Source: Candidatus Deianiraeaceae bacterium (GTDB lineage: Bacteria > Pseudomonadota > Alphaproteobacteria > Rickettsiales > Deianiraeaceae). Taken from it: 30,429 nucleotides of DNA. Below the pieces are notes generated by a model, which made no database searches, was not told the origin of the DNA, and worked only from the letters and a program-made list of their open reading frames with translations. The DNA is taken from positions 1 to 30,429 of the forward strand of contig CAXNCX010000001.1 in assembly GCA_964201065.1 (NCBI GenBank). The letters are read 5' to 3'. Each line of letters begins with the position of its first letter. Position 1 is the stretch's first letter. The position numbers were made by a program, and so were the translations under genes. Of the stretch, positions 26,913-30,429 are shown in pieces.

Positions 26913-28468
26913 GATAACTTAAATTTTTTAATTACTTTTAACTCTACAAGACATCCTATCATATATTTTGTTATAAAACAAGAATAAAAAATTGAAGTTA
27001 GCGAACCAATTATAATACTAATACCAAAACTTCTTATAAAACCTAAGCCAAAGCCAATTAATGTAAGTGCTGCAATGATAGTTGTTAGATTGGAATCAGT
27101 AATTGTAATAATTGCCTGTGAATATGCATTTTCAAGGCGTAATTTTAAATTTTTTATTTTAGTTTCGTTTATTCTTTCGTATATTAATATATTTGCATCA
27201 ACAATCATTCCAAGTGTCAAAACCATAGCAGCAATCCCCGGTAGGGTAAGTGTAAATCCCGTAACAGCAAAAATTGTAATGGTTGTGAAAAAATTCAAAA
27301 TCATCGATATATTAGCTACAACACCAAGCATTCCATATAAATAAACTAAAAACACCATAATTAAAAGAACTGCAAATGCCAAAGCAAATTTTGCACTTTT
27401 TATTGCCATCGCACCAGATGAAGGGAAAATTGTATTTTGATACATCAGCTTTACATCAATTGGAAGAGAACCCGACTTTAACATAATTGCAAGTTCATTT
27501 GCCTTGTTAAAAGAAAAATTACCACTAATAGACCCGCTACCAGAAGGTATTGTGTCATGAATATAGGGTGAAGTCAACAGTTTGTCGTCAACAACAATTG
27601 CAAGTGCTTTTCCTTTGTTGTTTTGTGTAATTTTTGCAAATTCATATCCACCTTGAGCATCTAGTTGAAAATTTACAACACTTCCTGTTTCAGTTTGACT
27701 TGCGTAGGCATTTTTTATACTTTTACCAGTGAGAAGAATCTCTTTGTCAATCTTATAAAATATTTTTAAATCCGAAGACTTTTCACGGTCATCGTAAACC
27801 GGAATTGTGATATATCTGTTGTCTGTTTTTGTTGACTCAAACACTATTGGATGTGGATTGCTAATTAAATGAAAAGAAAGCTTTGCAGATTTAGATAAAA
27901 TACTTTTTATCGCATCAACATCAATTCCAAAAGGAATTCGTACGGTAAATTTATCACTATCAATCGTTTGAAAAGCAACCTCTTTAACGCCAAGTCCGTC
28001 AACTCTATTTCTTGAAATTCTAATAAAATCCTCTAAAGCAAATGCTTTTAAAAGTTTGTATGACTTTGAATTAACATAAAACTTTATAAAACCATCTTTA
28101 TCAATATCCGCAGAAACATCTTGATTTAACTTTTCTCTTATTTTATATATAGATAGCTTGGAGTCTTTTTTAAGTTTAATTTTTAAATACTCAGGCTGTA
28201 AGTCTATGTTTTCAATATCATCAGCAATTTCGGTTTTTAGCTTTAAAAGTACCTGACTAAAATAATCAACAAAATATTTATCAAAATTAACATCAAACAC
28301 TAGTTCATTACCACCTTGTATGTCTATTCCATAATTAACGGACGGCAAGAAAGATTTTTTTGTATTAACAGTATTTGAAAAATTTTTTAAGTTATAAAGC
28401 CCCGTCAAAACTGAAAAAGCTGAAAACAACAGAAAAACCAATGTAAAAAAATAGGCTTTTAACTTCAT
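26909..28468 (-). CDS. secD: Protein translocase subunit SecD
   Basis: GIDIQGG, RVDGLGVKE, LAIVVD, LKSGSLP, TLTLPGIAA and GMIVDANILIYERI, ITDSNLTT. ATG 28468 is preferred; 28492 is also possible. Confidence 0.95.
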   Translation of the reverse strand: MKLKAYFFTLVFLLFSAFSVLTGLYNLKNFSNTVNTKKSFLPSVNYGIDIQGGNELVFDVNFDKYFVDYFSQVLLKLKTEIADDIENIDLQPEYLKIKLKKDSKLSIYKIREKLNQDVSADIDKDGFIKFYVNSKSYKLLKAFALEDFIRISRNRVDGLGVKEVAFQTIDSDKFTVRIPFGIDVDAIKSILSKSAKLSFHLISNPHPIVFESTKTDNRYITIPVYDDREKSSDLKIFYKIDKEILLTGKSIKNAYASQTETGSVVNFQLDAQGGYEFAKITQNNKGKALAIVVDDKLLTSPYIHDTIPSGSGSISGNFSFNKANELAIMLKSGSLPIDVKLMYQNTIFPSSGAMAIKSAKFALAFAVLLIMVFLVYLYGMLGVVANISMILNFFTTITIFAVTGFTLTLPGIAAMVLTLGMIVDANILIYERINETKIKNLKLRLENAYSQAIITITDSNLTTIIAALTLIGFGLGFIRSFGISIIIGSLTSIFYSCFITKYMIGCLVELKVIKKFKLS

Positions 28469-28525
28469 TTGTATACGATTTACCTTGTACAATCATTTGA
28501 TTGTTTTAAAAAATATTAAAAGCAA

Positions 28526-29116
28526 TTAATCAGTATTTAATTCTAAAAATTTTTTTATCATATCCTCATCGGATTGAATATTTTTAATATTTTGTAAAAT
28601 ATAGATAAATTTTTCATTAATCAAATTAACATCGTACCCCAATGAACATAAAGCACCTTTGGCATCTTTAAACTTTCCAGTATCTAGTTTTTTTGATCCT
28701 GCATCAGAAATAATTTTTACACAATTTAAAGTTTCATTTACCAATCTTGTTGCAGTTTTTGGACCAATGCCATCAATTTGTGTTAATGATTTTGTATCTT
28801 GTTTTTGTACTAAAGCTGTAAATTCTGCTATAGTCAACTGAGATACTATTCTTAAACAAATTTTAGGACCTATTTTAGTAATTTTTAACAACTCTAAAAA
28901 CCATTCTAAGTATTTTTTATCCAAAAATCCATAAAATGAATTTAAAGATTCCTGTGCAAAAACTTCATGAATGTATATATTGCAAATTTTATTTACGGCA
29001 ATACTATCAATGTCTTCTTTTCTGGCGTGAATAAGATAGCATACACCATTTACATTTAAAGAAAACTGATTAGCGGAAATTCTTTCATCGAAACTTCCAA
29101 TTAGTTTATATATCAT
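28526..29116 (-). CDS. ruvA: Holliday junction branch migration protein RuvA
   Basis: MIYKLIG, VNGVCY, YGF, HhH motifs KIGPK and GIGPKTATRL, and C-terminal ALCSLGY. Confidence 0.92.
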   Translation of the reverse strand: MIYKLIGSFDERISANQFSLNVNGVCYLIHARKEDIDSIAVNKICNIYIHEVFAQESLNSFYGFLDKKYLEWFLELLKITKIGPKICLRIVSQLTIAEFTALVQKQDTKSLTQIDGIGPKTATRLVNETLNCVKIISDAGSKKLDTGKFKDAKGALCSLGYDVNLINEKFIYILQNIKNIQSDEDMIKKFLELNTD

Positions 29117-30209
29117 ATTTTGACTGTATTAATTTATAAGTTTCTTTGTGTAAATCTATAACATCTTTAAGACTAGACAAGTTAATATCTAAAGCTTTTT
29201 CTGTTTCGTTAATAATTATGTCTTCAAGTTGTGAAAAAGAAATTTTATCTCTCTCAAACAAGTCAATACAAGCCTCGTCAACTGCATTAAAAACAATAGT
29301 TTTTGAATTTTTTTTATCAGCAATGTCTTTTGCTAAGTAAAATAGCGGAAATTTGACCTTATCAATCTCCGCAAATTCAAGTTGTTTTAAAGCTATTAAA
29401 TCAAGATCATCAACGACATTTGTAGCATCTTTTGTATCCATAATTGCATTTGCAATATGAATTTGCATATTTGGTTTTGACAAAAGAGCCAGCATTGAAT
29501 TATCAAGAAGCTTTACCAAACCATGAATGACAGACTGTGGTTGAATTATCGCACTTACTTTATCAAAATTAAAAAATCTTTTTGCTTCCAAATACTCAAT
29601 TCCTTTGTTGACCATTGTGGCAGAATCAATTGTTATTTTTTTACCCATTTTCCAGTTTGGATGTTTTAGAGCATCAGAAAATTTTATTTTTGATTTATCA
29701 ATATCTTTTCTAAAAAAAGGCCCTCCTGATGCTGTAATTACAATCTCTTTTATGTTTTGTACTCCGCACCAATTAAACATCTGATAAATTACGCCATTTT
29801 CTGAATCAATTGGGGTGATTTTTACCTCATATTCTTTTGCTTTTTTAAAAAATTCTTCATGAAAAATTATGATTGTTTCTTTATTTGCAATCGACATCAA
29901 GCGAGCTTTTTCAAGAAATTTCATTGAATAAAACACCCCATCAAATCCAGATAAAGCAGACACAACTATGTCTATTTTATCATCAAGACTGTCAAAAAAA
30001 TGCTCAAAATCATCTTCCTTTGCACAAAATAAATTTTTGCAACTATATTTTTGACCTTGTTGTTTTAAAAGAGCCGAATTGCTGTTGCAAGCTAGAGCAA
30101 CAACATCAAATTTGTCTTTAAACTTATCAATTACTTCCAAAGTTTGTGTGCCAATACTTCCAGTTGAACCAAGAATTGCAATTGTTTTTTTCCTATACGC
30201 CGACTCCAT
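29106..30209 (-). CDS. dxr: 1-deoxy-D-xylulose-5-phosphate reductoisomerase
   Basis: ILGSTGSIG, ANKE, PIDSE, TASGGPF, ALKHPNWKMGKKITIDSATMVNKGIEYLEA and PQSVIH. ATG 30209 or TTG 30227. Confidence 0.95.
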   Translation of the reverse strand: MESAYRKKTIAILGSTGSIGTQTLEVIDKFKDKFDVVALACNSNSALLKQQGQKYSCKNLFCAKEDDFEHFFDSLDDKIDIVVSALSGFDGVFYSMKFLEKARLMSIANKETIIIFHEEFFKKAKEYEVKITPIDSENGVIYQMFNWCGVQNIKEIVITASGGPFFRKDIDKSKIKFSDALKHPNWKMGKKITIDSATMVNKGIEYLEAKRFFNFDKVSAIIQPQSVIHGLVKLLDNSMLALLSKPNMQIHIANAIMDTKDATNVVDDLDLIALKQLEFAEIDKVKFPLFYLAKDIADKKNSKTIVFNAVDEACIDLFERDKISFSQLEDIIINETEKALDINLSSLKDVIDLHKETYKLIQSKYDI

Positions 30210-30429
30210 TTCAATCTCTAAACTCAAAGCAAATACAATATAGAATTAAAAATGTAAAAGACAAATAATTTAACTTAATCACTATTGATGCAGTGGCTGA
30301 AAACTATTAGGTAGTCTAGCCTTAAATTTGACAATTAAATGATTTTTATAAAACTATCTTGAATGAAATAGAAATACAACAATATGTCTAAGGAATATAT
30401 TCCATCAAAATTACCATATAAAAACATAG

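Noticed and set aside
616-30121. Numerous 60-150-aa ORFs antisense to or nested in real genes (e.g. 2476-2805, 5218-5631, 8672-9088, 18304-18750, 29873-30121)
   Set aside because: They are shadow frames of well-supported genes, with no motifs and the composition expected of reverse-complement codons.
30228-30429. Possible 3' end of an upstream gene (minus frame ...MFLYGNFDGIYSLDILLYFYFIQDSFIKII*) or an RNA element before dxr
   Set aside because: Truncated by the window edge, with no recognisable motif (not identifiable as cdsA) and no convincing structure.

Overview
A very AT-rich (roughly 30% GC by eye), densely packed chromosomal segment. It most likely comes from a Rickettsiales-type alphaproteobacterium; this is inferred from a Rickettsiales-style giant VirB6, the ankyrin protein, paired small OMPs and broken canonical operons. 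Most genes are housekeeping or envelope genes: rplT (partial), rpmI, der, trmB, virB6-like, an M48/TPR protease, pth, a shortened mfd, emrA-emrB-tolC, dapA, bamA, an ankyrin protein, dsbA, two paralogous small beta-barrel OMPs, pheT, two MFS transporters, secD, ruvA and dxr. I see no tRNA, rRNA, transposase, integrase or CRISPR array. The most unusual part is 10.0-12.6 kb. It holds a hairpin terminator pointing the 'wrong' way and a DUF2513 gene. A degenerate 2 x 70-bp repeat that can fold into nested hairpins then precedes a variant folE and a PTPS with the hybrid CExLHGH signature. A convergent NAD(P)H-binding reductase carrying a lipoprotein signal closes the block. Other notable points are an unannotated promoter + perfect Shine-Dalgarno unit divergent from pth, an Mfd lacking most of its N-terminal UvrA-recruiting region, an L35 with a duplicated N-terminus, and a secreted ankyrin protein in the position Skp usually occupies after bamA. 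All family assignments come from motif recognition by eye; no database searches were run.
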